From: an uncultured bacterium
GTDB taxonomy: Bacteria; UBP14; UBA6098; B30-G16
Direction of reading: 5' to 3'
DNA length: 61,634 bases
Assembly: GCA_964562425.1 (NCBI GenBank)
Contig: CAZLTJ010000001.1
Location: 1-61,634 of the forward strand
Shown one piece after another: positions 8,881 to 18,673 of the stretch (position 1 is the stretch's first letter; each line of letters begins with the position of its first letter). The notes under the pieces were generated by a model, which had not been told where the DNA came from, did not search any database, and worked only from the letters and a program-made list of their open reading frames with translations. Both the position numbers and the translations under genes were made by a program.

Positions 8881-9402
8881 ATGTGGAACCGTGTGTTAAT
8901 TACAACAATTATACTTGGATTTCTTTTTACTTTTGCTATACCAGAAGCACCACCAGTTGAAAAGCCAAAACTAAACTGGGCACCAATCGGCAAAGTCGAA
9001 GGCTCTGCAAAGAATGAAAACAAAATAGCGATGATTTACGTAACAAGTAATGGCTGTGCTTGGTGTAGAAAATTCTATAATAATACTTTAAATAATCCCG
9101 AAATTATTATCAAACTTAATGAGAAATTCCGATATGCTAAAGTAAATATATCCTCTCATGCAAAAATCGAGTATCAGGGAAAAACCATAACAGAAAAAAG
9201 ATTAGGTAGGATTTTATTAGTACGATCCACTCCGACAACACTCTTCTATAACGACGACAACAAAGTTATCGCACGAATTCCCGGGTATATGTCTGTCAAG
9301 GATTTCTCGAAGGTTCTGACTTATTTGGGCGATGGCTGGTTTAAGGACATAAGTTACGAGGACTATATTAAAAGCGAAGAAAAGCTCAATAAGAAGAATT
9401 AA
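8881..9402 (+). CDS. Secreted thioredoxin-fold protein (CxxC)
   Basis: N-terminal hydrophobic signal/anchor, CAWC redox motif in the context VTSNGCAWCRKF, and later the RSTPTTLFY cis-Pro region typical of the thioredoxin fold. Confidence 0.7.
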   Translation: MWNRVLITTIILGFLFTFAIPEAPPVEKPKLNWAPIGKVEGSAKNENKIAMIYVTSNGCAWCRKFYNNTLNNPEIIIKLNEKFRYAKVNISSHAKIEYQGKTITEKRLGRILLVRSTPTTLFYNDDNKVIARIPGYMSVKDFSKVLTYLGDGWFKDISYEDYIKSEEKLNKKN

Positions 9403-9681
9403 AGAGCTTTACAAAGCATCCTATTAACACATATATTCTTAAGTCAAGTAAAAAACAAAAGAGAAACTTCTATTAAAAAAAAAATCTTCGAATTATAACG
9501 CAAAAAATGACATCCAACTAAATTAACAAGCCGTTTCTCCTAAGTCTCAAGTCAATTAACGAATAACTTTTGAAATTACTTGAAAAAATGCTTGCCAAGT
9601 TGTGTGTAGGAGTTACCTTATGGAAGTGGTGATTGTTTTCACCATTTAATATAAATCCAGATTTTTGTAAGGAGGATTAAT

Positions 9682-9939
9682 ATGGAAGATATTTTGGGAG
9701 TTTTAGAATATCAAATCGGTCGGCTTCTTGAAGCAGTTGTCAAACTAAAAAAAGAAAGAACCGAACTAATAGAAGAACGAGAAAGATTAAACGAAAGAGT
9801 GAACCAGCTTCAATCGGAATACGATAATATAAGACGCGATTATGAGCAACTGAAACAGTCCTCAACTGGAACTGATGCGGCAAAGACAAGACTTGATTCA
9901 CTCCTTCAAAGAATCAACGATGTTCTTGGCGAGAGCTAA
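9682..9939 (+). CDS. Small coiled-coil protein, ZapB-like (hypothetical)
   Basis: 85 aa, heptad-rich (LKKERTELIEERERLNERVNQLQSEYDNIRRDYEQLKQ). Sits immediately upstream of zapA. AGGAGG SD. The function is inferred from context only. Confidence 0.4.
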   Translation: MEDILGVLEYQIGRLLEAVVKLKKERTELIEERERLNERVNQLQSEYDNIRRDYEQLKQSSTGTDAAKTRLDSLLQRINDVLGES

Positions 9940-9978
9940 GAACGTTTTATATAAATAAAAAAAGGCTAGGAAACGCTT

Positions 9979-10284
9979 ATGGCGGAATCGGAAAAAATAA
10001 CGATTCCTGTTAAAGTTTTCAATTATGACCTCAAAATAATAACCGATGAGCAACCAGAATATGTTAAACAAGTTGCTCAATACGTTGATTCTAAGATATT
10101 TGAGGTTACAGGTGGAGCAAGTACAAGCTCCCTTATTCGAGCAATTCTTCTCGCTGCGTTAAATATTACCGATGAATTGTTCAAAGAGAGAAAAAGAATT
10201 GATCAGTTTTCAGAAAGAATTATAAATCAAACGAAAATCCTTAACAAAAAACTTTCTGAATTACAACCAGAAATAGAAGATTAG
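9979..10284 (+). CDS. zapA: Cell division protein ZapA
   Basis: ITIPVKVFNYDLKIITDEQPEYVKQVAQYVDSKI...LLAALNITDELFKERK matches the ZapA fold pattern. zapA-rny adjacency is common. Confidence 0.85.
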   Translation: MAESEKITIPVKVFNYDLKIITDEQPEYVKQVAQYVDSKIFEVTGGASTSSLIRAILLAALNITDELFKERKRIDQFSERIINQTKILNKKLSELQPEIED

Positions 10285-10377
10285 TTAAGTTTTTGCATAC
10301 CTTATTTTTTTCTCTTAAGGGAGCCGTTCTATTCACTCCATTTTTTAAGACGTTTCCTGCCACGGGAGGTCGCATAA

Positions 10378-11937
10378 ATGATAGAAACAGGTATATTATT
10401 TGGAATAATATTCGCAATAATTGGTGCAGTAATAGGATTCTTCATTTCAAAGGCTGCTACATCGAGGATTATTTCAGATGCAAAAAGTAAAGCCAAAACC
10501 CTAAAAGAAGAAGTTGATAAAGAACTTGAGTTTAGAAAGAGCAAACTAGAGCTTGAAGTAGAAAGAGAACGAACTCGACAACGCTCAGATTTCGAGCGTA
10601 TGACAAAAGCGAAAAGAGTGGAACTCGAACGTCTCGAAAAAAGACTGCAAGACCAAAGAGAATCTATTGAAAGTCGCGCTGATCTTATGCGTAAACGCGA
10701 GAAAGAATGGATCGCTAAAGAAAGACAAATTCATACAAAAGAAAATGCTATCAAAGAGAAAGAAAACCAGCTTACACATTTAATCCGTAGAGAGAATGAA
10801 AAACTTGAAAGAATAGCAGGAATGACGCAGGAGGAAGCCAAGCGTATTCTTATGGAGAATTTAATTTCTGAAGCCAAAGCTGAAGCCTTACAAAAGATAA
10901 AGCAGATTAGAGATGAATCAGAACACGAAGCAGAAAGACAGTCCAGGGAGATAATAATATCTTCAATTCAACGCTGTGCAGCTGAAACGACAGTTGAATC
11001 TACTGTCTCAGTTGTAACACTTCCCTCCGATGAGATTAAAGGGAGAATTATCGGTCGAGAGGGAAGGAATATCCGAGCATTTGAAACTGCTTCTGGTGTT
11101 GATGTTATTGTGGATGATACTCCTGAGGCAATTATTCTCTCCGGTTATGATCCAATTCGACGAGAGATTGCAAGAATCGCTATGGAAAAATTAATTATGG
11201 ATGGTAGAATTCATCCTGCCAGAATTGAGGAGGTTTTAGCCAAAGCAGAAAAGGAGATCGAAGGTATTTTCAAGGAAACTGGTGAGCAAGTGTGTTTCGA
11301 ACTTGGTGTACACGATCTTCAACCGGAATTAATTAATATTATAGGTCGATTGAAATTCCGCACAAGTTACGGTCAGAATGTTCTTCAACATGCAAAAGAA
11401 GTCTCTTGGATCTCAGGTTATATTGCGAGTGAATTAGAATTGGACCCTCGAATAGCCAGACGCTGCGGTTTGCTTCACGATATAGGCAAAGCTGTTGATC
11501 GAGGACAAGAAGGCACACACACTCAACTTGGTTACGAAATAGCTAAGAAATACGGTGAAAAAGATCCAATTCTAAATTCTATATTAGCTCATCATGAGGA
11601 TGTAGAAGTTACAACTCCATATACGATAATTATACAGGCAGCAGATGCAATATCTGGAGCAAGACCTGGAGCAAGAAGAGAAACTATTGAGAACTATATT
11701 AAAAGACTTCAAAAACTTGAAGAATTGGCGGATTCTTTCCCGGGTGTTCAGAAAACATATGCAATCCAGGCAGGAAGAGAGATTCGAGTTATCGTTGAAC
11801 CAATTAAAGTTTCGGATCAGGAGAGCGAAATACTCGCAGCTGAAATCTCTCAGAAAATTGAACTCGATATGGAGTATCCCGGACAGATTAAGGTTACCGT
11901 AATCCGCGAGACTAGAGCAATTGATTACGCAAGATAG
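10378..11937 (+). CDS. rny: Ribonuclease Y
   Basis: N-terminal TM helix, long charged coiled coil, KH domain ([26 protein letters not shown]) and HD domain (LLHDIGKA...AHHED). 519 aa. Confidence 0.97.
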   Translation: MIETGILFGIIFAIIGAVIGFFISKAATSRIISDAKSKAKTLKEEVDKELEFRKSKLELEVERERTRQRSDFERMTKAKRVELERLEKRLQDQRESIESRADLMRKREKEWIAKERQIHTKENAIKEKENQLTHLIRRENEKLERIAGMTQEEAKRILMENLISEAKAEALQKIKQIRDESEHEAERQSREIIISSIQRCAAETTVESTVSVVTLPSDEIKGRIIGREGRNIRAFETASGVDVIVDDTPEAIILSGYDPIRREIARIAMEKLIMDGRIHPARIEEVLAKAEKEIEGIFKETGEQVCFELGVHDLQPELINIIGRLKFRTSYGQNVLQHAKEVSWISGYIASELELDPRIARRCGLLHDIGKAVDRGQEGTHTQLGYEIAKKYGEKDPILNSILAHHEDVEVTTPYTIIIQAADAISGARPGARRETIENYIKRLQKLEELADSFPGVQKTYAIQAGREIRVIVEPIKVSDQESEILAAEISQKIELDMEYPGQIKVTVIRETRAIDYAR

Positions 11938-12010
11938 TATCTTCTTACTGAAATTATATTTATTAACTTCACTCGATTGAAAACTACAAAGTGCTTATAG
12001 AAAGGATACC

Positions 12011-12820
12011 ATGAATTCAGTAGTTGCTTTAGTGTTAGGCGATATCTTCGGTAAATCTGGTAAAAGAGCTATTCACAATTATCTATCGACGATAAAGGAA
12101 AAGCTCAAACCCGATATCATTATTGCCAATGCTGAGAATATTGCTGGAGGTTTTGGCATAACAGAAAACCTTGCAACAAAACTGCTTCGATACGGAATTG
12201 ATGTTATAACATTAGGAAATCATACGTGGAATAAAAGAGACGAACTTCGCGATGCATTAGATAAATATGAGAACATACTTAGACCAGCCAACTATCCACC
12301 AAATAATCCAGGACATGGTTCAACGATTTTCACATCAGAATCCGGTATTAAAATTGGTGTAATAAACCTTATGGGTCGAGTTTTCATGCCATCAATTGAT
12401 TGTCCCTTTAGAATCGGCTCAAACCATGTCGAAAGATTGAAAGAAGAAACAGAAATAATTCTCATCGATTTTCACGCTGAAGCCACCTCTGAGAAGATTG
12501 CGGCAGGCTATTTTTTTGATGGCAAGACCTCAGCAGTATTTGGAACACACACTCATGTTCAAACGGTGGACAATAAAATACTTAAAGGAGGAACAGCATA
12601 TATAACCGATCTTGGAATGACAGGACCACACGATTCAGTAATTGGAATAAAACCGCATCTTGCAATCGAGCATCTTATAAAGGGAGTTCAAGTAAGATTT
12701 GAACCGTCTGATCAAGGTACAAGAATACAGGGAGCGATAATTAAAATTGACTCAGAAACCGGTAAAGCAATAAGTATAGATAGAATAGACATGCCAGTAA
12801 CGGATTTCGACATCGAATAG
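12011..12820 (+). CDS. ymdB: YmdB-family metallophosphoesterase (2',3'-cyclic-nucleotide phosphodiesterase, TIGR00282-like)
   Basis: LGDIFGKSGKRA, IIANAENIAGGFGIT, ITLGNHTWNKRD, LRPANYP and INLMGRVFM motifs. Conserved rny-ymdB gene pair. Confidence 0.9.
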   Translation: MNSVVALVLGDIFGKSGKRAIHNYLSTIKEKLKPDIIIANAENIAGGFGITENLATKLLRYGIDVITLGNHTWNKRDELRDALDKYENILRPANYPPNNPGHGSTIFTSESGIKIGVINLMGRVFMPSIDCPFRIGSNHVERLKEETEIILIDFHAEATSEKIAAGYFFDGKTSAVFGTHTHVQTVDNKILKGGTAYITDLGMTGPHDSVIGIKPHLAIEHLIKGVQVRFEPSDQGTRIQGAIIKIDSETGKAISIDRIDMPVTDFDIE

Positions 12821-13021
12821 AAATCGAGCCAAAAAAGGATATTAATTCTCATTTCTACAAATTTTCTATTCAATATCATAGATAAAACATAAATGTTATC
12901 TAAATGATGAAACTATCAAAATTCCATCATTTGAAGCAAGTAACATGATTGTACAATTTATATAATGGAAAGATAAATTTTCATATTAATTTGAATATTT
13001 AACCCTACACTAAATTCGTTA

Positions 13022-13348
13022 CTACTGCTCTTCCATGTCAACCAATTCGAATCCTTCATTTGTGGGAACTAAAAGTTTCAACTTACCTTCAAGTTTGTCT
13101 AAAACATTCCCGCACCATTGAGTAAGAAATTGTGCTCGTTCAAAAATTTCCATAGACTTTTCTAATGATATTTCATTATTTTCTAGATTTATAACAAGTT
13201 CTTCTAATTCCTGTATAGCTATCTCAAAGGATTCTGGTTTGGTTTGTTTGTTTCCTTTTTTGGGGGATTTTTGGCATTTAGTTTTATTTACGGATTTATC
13301 TTTCTGGTCCACAGTTTTTTCCTCTTCTTTTCCGAATAAGTTTTCCAT
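13022..13348 (-). CDS. xseB: Exodeoxyribonuclease VII small subunit with Lys-rich N-terminal extension
   Basis: FEIAIQELEELVINLENNEISLEKSMEIFERAQFLTQWCGNVLDKLEGKL is the XseB helical hairpin. A ~38-aa K/E-rich segment precedes it. The GAGGAAG SD lies inside the kdsA end. Confidence 0.85.
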   Translation of the reverse strand: MENLFGKEEEKTVDQKDKSVNKTKCQKSPKKGNKQTKPESFEIAIQELEELVINLENNEISLEKSMEIFERAQFLTQWCGNVLDKLEGKLKLLVPTNEGFELVDMEEQ

Positions 13349-13359
13349 ATCTTCCTCAC

Positions 13360-14163
13360 TTATAGCATAAATATTTCATTGATATACCTTTCCACATCAT
13401 CAAGCGGAACCTGTATTTGCTTGTCAGAAATTGCATTATCAGGATCTGGATGTACCTCCATATATATACCATCAATCCCAAGAGCCATTCCAACCTTACC
13501 GAATGGTATCACAAAATTCCTATCACCTCCCGAGGATCCTTTTGCTCCACCAGGTTTCTGCGCTGTGTGAGTTACATCGAGTAGAACTGGATAACCCAAC
13601 TCCTTCATCAAGATAATAGAGCGAGTGTCAAGAATAAGATCGCCATAACCGAATGATGTACCTCGTTCGGTGAGTATAATCTGATTGTTACCTGTATTTT
13701 TAACCTTTTCTGCAATGTATTTCATATCGCTAGGCGTTAAAAACTGCCCTTTCTTAATATTCACAGCTTTTTTCGATGCTGCTGCAGCTAATACAAGATC
13801 GGTTTGCCTGCATAGAAATGCTGGAATTTGAATAATATCAACTATCGATGCCACAGCCTCAACTTGATAGGTCTCATGGACATCTGTAATAATAGGCAAA
13901 TCAAGTTCATCCTTAACACGTTCTAAAGCCAAAAGGCCTTTTGGAAAACCCATACCCCTGCTCGATGAAATTGAAAGTCTGTTCGCTTTATCGTAGGAGG
14001 CTTTGAAAATAAACGGGATATTTGCTCTTGCTGTAATATCTTTAAGAGTTCCTGCAGTTTCTAAAACCATCTCCACACTCTCGGCAGCACAAGGTCCAGC
14101 AATAAGTATCGGTCTGTTCTTCCCAATTTCAATACCTGATATTTCAAATGTATAATCACTCAT
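13360..14163 (-). CDS. kdsA: 3-deoxy-8-phosphooctulonate (KDO8P) synthase
   Basis: FKASYDKANRLS, ITDVHE, IQIPAFLCRQTDL, NIKKGQF, DVTHTAQ, GGDR and EVHPDPD align motif-for-motif with KdsA. The Cys in GPCAAES suggests the metal-dependent class. Confidence 0.95.
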   Translation of the reverse strand: MSDYTFEISGIEIGKNRPILIAGPCAAESVEMVLETAGTLKDITARANIPFIFKASYDKANRLSISSSRGMGFPKGLLALERVKDELDLPIITDVHETYQVEAVASIVDIIQIPAFLCRQTDLVLAAAASKKAVNIKKGQFLTPSDMKYIAEKVKNTGNNQIILTERGTSFGYGDLILDTRSIILMKELGYPVLLDVTHTAQKPGGAKGSSGGDRNFVIPFGKVGMALGIDGIYMEVHPDPDNAISDKQIQVPLDDVERYINEIFML

Positions 14164-14225
14164 ATTTTACGTGAACTTATGTTTTCAATCTACTATTCTA
14201 AAAAGAATCAACCTTTCATATATAA

Positions 14226-15893
14226 CTATTTATCATCGATGTCATCACTCTTAATCTCATTTTTTCTAATCTTTTCTATAACTATGTTATTATAAGGATT
14301 AAGGTCAATGCTTTTTTTCCAGTAAAAAAGAGCGGAATCAACTTTCCCAAGGGAAAAATATGCGTCACCAATATGATCTTGAATTGTTGGATCCTTCCCA
14401 AAAATGTTTTCTGCTCTGAGCAAAACATCTAATGCGCTTTTTACCTTACCTTTTCTGAAAAGTGCCCATCCATAGCTATCGATATAAGCTGCATTATCTG
14501 GATCCTTTTTCAGAGCTTTTTTAATTAGCTTTGATGCAAACTTTATTCTATGATTATCGTCAACTAATAAATATCCAAGATAATTCAATATTTGTGGGTT
14601 ATCTGGGTCATGTTTATACAATTTTTCAAGAATTGTAATAGCTTCAGGTCTATAACCAGCTCTTTCCCTCGTATCCCCCAAAGCAAAAAGAACTTTATTA
14701 TCGTCTGGTTGCAGAAATAACGCTTTCTGAAGCCACCTGGATGCCAAATCATACAAACCCACTTCAGTAAATATTGCACCACCCCAGAATAAGAATTTAA
14801 ATTTCTCCTGTAATTTCTCAAGTCCCTGATTAAGTGTGGAAATCAAACTATCATACTTTTCTTGCATTCCATATATTCTTGCTAAATTGGTATATGTTTC
14901 ACCTCTAGGTTCAATTTCTAGAGATCTTTCATAATTCACAACAGCAGAATCAAAAAGTTCAAGCTTTTCGCAGCAAATTCCTAAGTAGAAATAAATATCT
15001 GCATTTTTCCGACCGAGTCTAACAGCCTGGTTTAATAACTGTAATGCATATTCATCCTCACCAATATATAATAGATAGTAACCGTAAGGTTGCAAAACAT
15101 CCGCAGAATCCTTGGGAAATCTTCCTAAATACGTTTGAATAAGTAAATCCAAGCGTTGGCTATTCAATCTCGAAGTTAACAATTCTCTCAGAATGTTTAA
15201 TCGTGCATCAGGATCATCGTGTGTAATCCTCAGAAATCTGCTATATAATGAAAATAATGAATCCTCCATTCCCAGATGAAAGTATAACGAGAAAAGCACC
15301 TCATAAACTTCTTTTAGGGAAATATCTATTGAAATAGACTTGTTAAGATACTCTATAGCTAACTCATAATCACCTATTCTTCCATAGGCTAATCCAGTTT
15401 TAAGTAATAACTCCATAGATTCTGGGGATTTTTTTAAACCATCCAAACCCACGTTGATCGTTTGCTTAAAATTACCTTTCGCATTGAAACATCGCATGAG
15501 TTCAGAATAGTCTCTTTCCTGTGCCAGATGCGACTCGACGATAAAAGGCAAAGCTCTTTCGCATTTCCCCTTTATTAAATTTATTCTCCCAATCAGTAAA
15601 TTAACCTCTTCATCGTTTGGAGAAATCTTTTGAGCTTCAATAGCTTTATCCATTGCTTTGTCGTAAAAACCCTTACTATAAAGAACTTCGCTAATACAAT
15701 ATTTTATTGTCGGGTCTCTCGGAGCAAACAATTCAGCAAGCAAATACTTCTCGAGTGCGCTTTGAAAATCACTATAAATATGTTGCTCTATAAGCCCCTG
15801 GCTGAATATCTCCAAAGCAGTGTAAGTATCTTGAGCTGAAACAGACACAACAATAAAAAGAAGGATTAAAAAAATTTTACACTTTTTATACAT
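14226..15893 (-). CDS. Secreted tetratricopeptide-repeat protein
   Basis: Signal peptide ending VSAQD, then repeated 34-aa A/Y/L patterns (e.g. ALFYWKKSIDLNPYN, AITILEKLYKHDPDNPQILNYLGY). Confidence 0.8.
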   Translation of the reverse strand: MYKKCKIFLILLFIVVSVSAQDTYTALEIFSQGLIEQHIYSDFQSALEKYLLAELFAPRDPTIKYCISEVLYSKGFYDKAMDKAIEAQKISPNDEEVNLLIGRINLIKGKCERALPFIVESHLAQERDYSELMRCFNAKGNFKQTINVGLDGLKKSPESMELLLKTGLAYGRIGDYELAIEYLNKSISIDISLKEVYEVLFSLYFHLGMEDSLFSLYSRFLRITHDDPDARLNILRELLTSRLNSQRLDLLIQTYLGRFPKDSADVLQPYGYYLLYIGEDEYALQLLNQAVRLGRKNADIYFYLGICCEKLELFDSAVVNYERSLEIEPRGETYTNLARIYGMQEKYDSLISTLNQGLEKLQEKFKFLFWGGAIFTEVGLYDLASRWLQKALFLQPDDNKVLFALGDTRERAGYRPEAITILEKLYKHDPDNPQILNYLGYLLVDDNHRIKFASKLIKKALKKDPDNAAYIDSYGWALFRKGKVKSALDVLLRAENIFGKDPTIQDHIGDAYFSLGKVDSALFYWKKSIDLNPYNNIVIEKIRKNEIKSDDIDDK

Positions 15894-16021
15894 CTGAGCA
15901 AATAAATCAATACTAATTTTACAGTCAATTAATTATTGTTTTTTTTAAGCATAGTAGTTTCTTGTGTGATTATAAATTTTTAAATTTGAATAATTTCTAA
16001 TATTGAAAAACTCAAACTTAA

Positions 16022-17185
16022 ATGGAACATTTAAAAATAGCATATATTGCCTATTACAATTTAAATAAAGATACTGCTGCTACCGAACACATTCTTAGCG
16101 TTGTAAATGGTTTATCGGCACTCGGTCATCAAATTGATTTAATAATCCCACGATTAGGTGATAGAAAACCTGATAAAAAAATCAATATAATTGAAACAGG
16201 TAGCAAAATATCGATTCTATTCGATATTGCAGCTTCTAAGAAAATAAATAAAGCTTACGATATAGTTTACATTAGAGATTATATGGGAGCAAATAAACTT
16301 ATTAACGCAATAAAAAAGAAGAACATTCCTATTTGTATCGAGCACAACGGTCTTATCCTTGAGGAAGCTATGAGATCACAAGATACTAAGTATAAAATTC
16401 TTGCGATCTTCGACTCAAAATTTACACTACCTAGAAGGCTAAAAAAAGCTGTTGTAAACATAGCAGTTACACCAACTATTGGCGAATATTACGTGAAAAA
16501 ATATAATTTGAATCCTAATAATTTTATCCATATTCCAAACGGCGTCGATATAAAACGTTTTCATCCTGAAAAGAATTTGCATTCATTTAGACGAGCCTTG
16601 GAACTTATCCCGGAGAATGATTTTTGGATAGGTTACATTGGCTCGATGTTCCCTTGGCATATGTTTGAAACACTCATAGGTGGATTTGAATTATTAGCTT
16701 CACAAAGAAAAGATGTCATGTTATTCTTGGGTGGTAGTGGACCCGAACTTGGTTTAATAAAAAAAATACTCAAAAGGAGTGAATTTACAAATCGAGTAAA
16801 ATTAATTTCGCCATTAAAAATATCAGAAAGTCGTAAATACATTCGAGCTCTCGATATTGGAATAGCATTAATGGATCCTGCAATAGCGAAATTTTGCTGG
16901 CAGGTTAAAATTAATCACAATGCTGCATCGGGAATACCAACGATAATAACTCATGAAGATGTGTTTAACGACCTTGAAAAAAGCGGTGTGGCTGTTGGTT
17001 TAAAGAAATTAACAAAAGAATCTGTTGCTAATGCAATAGATAATCTCATTGTTGATCACGTTACGAAAGATTTTGGGTACTTAGCGAGAATTTATGTTGA
17101 ACAAAATCTTTCTTGGGATATAATAGTTGAGAAAATTAGTAATCTTTTAATTTCAGTTGTTGGAGGTAAGAAATGGCAGATGTAG
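16022..17185 (+). CDS. Family 4 (GT-B) glycosyltransferase
   Basis: 387 aa with a two-Rossmann layout. C-terminal half carries an E-x7-E-like region and a GT1/GT4-type nucleotide-sugar binding segment (GYIGSMFPWH...LFLGGSGPE). Confidence 0.8.
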   Translation: MEHLKIAYIAYYNLNKDTAATEHILSVVNGLSALGHQIDLIIPRLGDRKPDKKINIIETGSKISILFDIAASKKINKAYDIVYIRDYMGANKLINAIKKKNIPICIEHNGLILEEAMRSQDTKYKILAIFDSKFTLPRRLKKAVVNIAVTPTIGEYYVKKYNLNPNNFIHIPNGVDIKRFHPEKNLHSFRRALELIPENDFWIGYIGSMFPWHMFETLIGGFELLASQRKDVMLFLGGSGPELGLIKKILKRSEFTNRVKLISPLKISESRKYIRALDIGIALMDPAIAKFCWQVKINHNAASGIPTIITHEDVFNDLEKSGVAVGLKKLTKESVANAIDNLIVDHVTKDFGYLARIYVEQNLSWDIIVEKISNLLISVVGGKKWQM

Positions 17186-17502
17186 AACTGATCGGAGATT
17201 CTGAATTTGAAATTAAGGTATTAGAATCGAGCAAACCAGTTATGGTGGACTTTTCAGGTGAATGGTGCCCACCATGCAAGATGATTGCCCCTTTCGTGAC
17301 AAAAATCGCTAAGGAATTTAAAAATAAAATCAATGTCTATATGGTAGACGTAGATAGAAGCCCGAATATCGCTGCTACATACCAAATTATGAGTATTCCG
17401 GCATTGTTATTCTTCAAAGATGGAAAACCGATATCATCTATAATTGGAGCTGTGCCGTATAACCATATCCACAAGAAGGTTATGGAGGTTTTAGAAGTAT
17501 GA
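17173..17502 (+). CDS. trxA: Thioredoxin
   Basis: VMVDFSGEWCPPCKMIAP with the canonical WCPPC. 109 aa. GGAGG SD. Overlaps the GT4 end by 13 nt. Confidence 0.95.
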   Translation: MADVELIGDSEFEIKVLESSKPVMVDFSGEWCPPCKMIAPFVTKIAKEFKNKINVYMVDVDRSPNIAATYQIMSIPALLFFKDGKPISSIIGAVPYNHIHKKVMEVLEV

Positions 17503-18101
17503 GATTTATTAGAAACTCAATAGCAATCATTGTTGCTTTTTCAATTGTATTTATCTCTATTATCGGTTGTGCCAAAGAAGAGAAGAAGCAAGAGGAATCG
17601 AAACCCTTTATTTCAAAACTTTATGAGGAGAAAAAGCAAGAATCCTCAAGAACAAGTTTAAGAAAAGCACCAAACTTCACATTACCGTCAATTGACGGTA
17701 AAAAAATACAACTTTCTGATTATGCCGGAAATGTTATAATAATAAATTTTTGGGCTACATGGTGCAAACCATGCACTCAAGAAATACCATCATTCGTAAA
17801 ACTTCAGAAAAAATATAAGGATAAACCATTTACGATAATTGGCATAAACTTAGACAATCGCATATCTGAGAGCAAAATTAGACAATTCACAGAAAGCTAT
17901 GGGATAAACTACCCAATTGCCTTAGGAATGAAAGATCAATCCATTCTAACACTATTTGGAAGAATAACTTCAATTCCTACGACTTTTATAATTGATAAAA
18001 AAGGTTATATCAGGAAAAAAGTTATTGGATATGAATCAGAGCAATTTTTCGATGAGATATCGCGAGAACTTCTGGCTGAAGAAGTTGCAATAAAATCTTG
18101 A
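17499..18101 (+). CDS. TlpA/ResA-family thiol-disulfide oxidoreductase lipoprotein
   Basis: Lipobox IIGC, redoxin motif INFWATWCKPCTQEIP, ATGA start/stop overlap with trxA. Confidence 0.85.
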   Translation: MRFIRNSIAIIVAFSIVFISIIGCAKEEKKQEESKPFISKLYEEKKQESSRTSLRKAPNFTLPSIDGKKIQLSDYAGNVIIINFWATWCKPCTQEIPSFVKLQKKYKDKPFTIIGINLDNRISESKIRQFTESYGINYPIALGMKDQSILTLFGRITSIPTTFIIDKKGYIRKKVIGYESEQFFDEISRELLAEEVAIKS

Positions 18102-18119
18102 AATAATCGGAGAAATTAA

Positions 18120-18563
18120 ATGAGTAGAGAACTTAAAGTACGTCTAATACAAGGTGATGGGTTAACATTACTAGCTAAATCGGACTCAAACCATTGGATT
18201 GTCTTTGACACTTCAGAAGAATATGGCGGAAACTCTGGTGCAATAAAACCTTTCGAGGCTTTCATCGCTTCTTTAGGCGGTTGCACAGGAATGGATGTTC
18301 TTTCAATACTTAATAAAATGCGAGTGCCATTTCAAAGGCTTATAATTGAGATCATTGTCCAAAGGGTTGATGACCGTCCTAAGATTCCATCCCATATCGA
18401 TATAATTTATATTATTGAAGGTGATGAAAAGGAAATTCCCACAGAAAAAATCGAGCATGCCATATCATTATCGCAGGAAAAATATTGCTCGGTTTCTGCT
18501 GTGATAAAAAAAGCTGGAATTCCTATTGAATGGTCATATAAAATTAAATCTCCATCAAATTAA
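18120..18563 (+). CDS. OsmC/Ohr family peroxiredoxin-like protein
   Basis: PFEAFIASLGGCTGMDVLSILNKMR and the later YCSVSAVI Cys pair are typical of the OsmC family. Confidence 0.85.
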   Translation: MSRELKVRLIQGDGLTLLAKSDSNHWIVFDTSEEYGGNSGAIKPFEAFIASLGGCTGMDVLSILNKMRVPFQRLIIEIIVQRVDDRPKIPSHIDIIYIIEGDEKEIPTEKIEHAISLSQEKYCSVSAVIKKAGIPIEWSYKIKSPSN

Positions 18564-18615
18564 GATGATTTTTCATTTTTTTTTCATTCCCTGCCCTTTT
18601 TCTTAAATCAAGGGC

Positions 18616-18642
18616 TTGACAAATTCATTTAAATCCTAATAT
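18616..18642 (+). promoter_or_regulatory. Possible sigma70-type promoter (-35 TTGACA, 15-nt spacer, -10 TAATAT)
   Basis: GGGCTTGACA-AATTCATTTAAATCC-TAATAT, about 30 nt upstream of the ATG at 18674. The spacer is short. Confidence 0.25.
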
Positions 18643-18673
18643 TCAGCATTGCAATTAGTTACGTGGGGTATTT

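Noticed and set aside
10293-10544. Two 65-71-aa ORFs overlapping the zapA-rny junction
   Set aside because: They overlap the rny start in other frames or antisense, and have no SD or motif. The rny ATG at 10378 with its GGGAGG SD explains the region.
18593-18615. Hairpin GCCCTT-11 nt loop-AAGGGC after osmC as an intrinsic terminator
   Set aside because: It has a short 6-bp stem, a large loop and only two T residues after it. It also overlaps the -35 of the next promoter-like element. Too weak to call.
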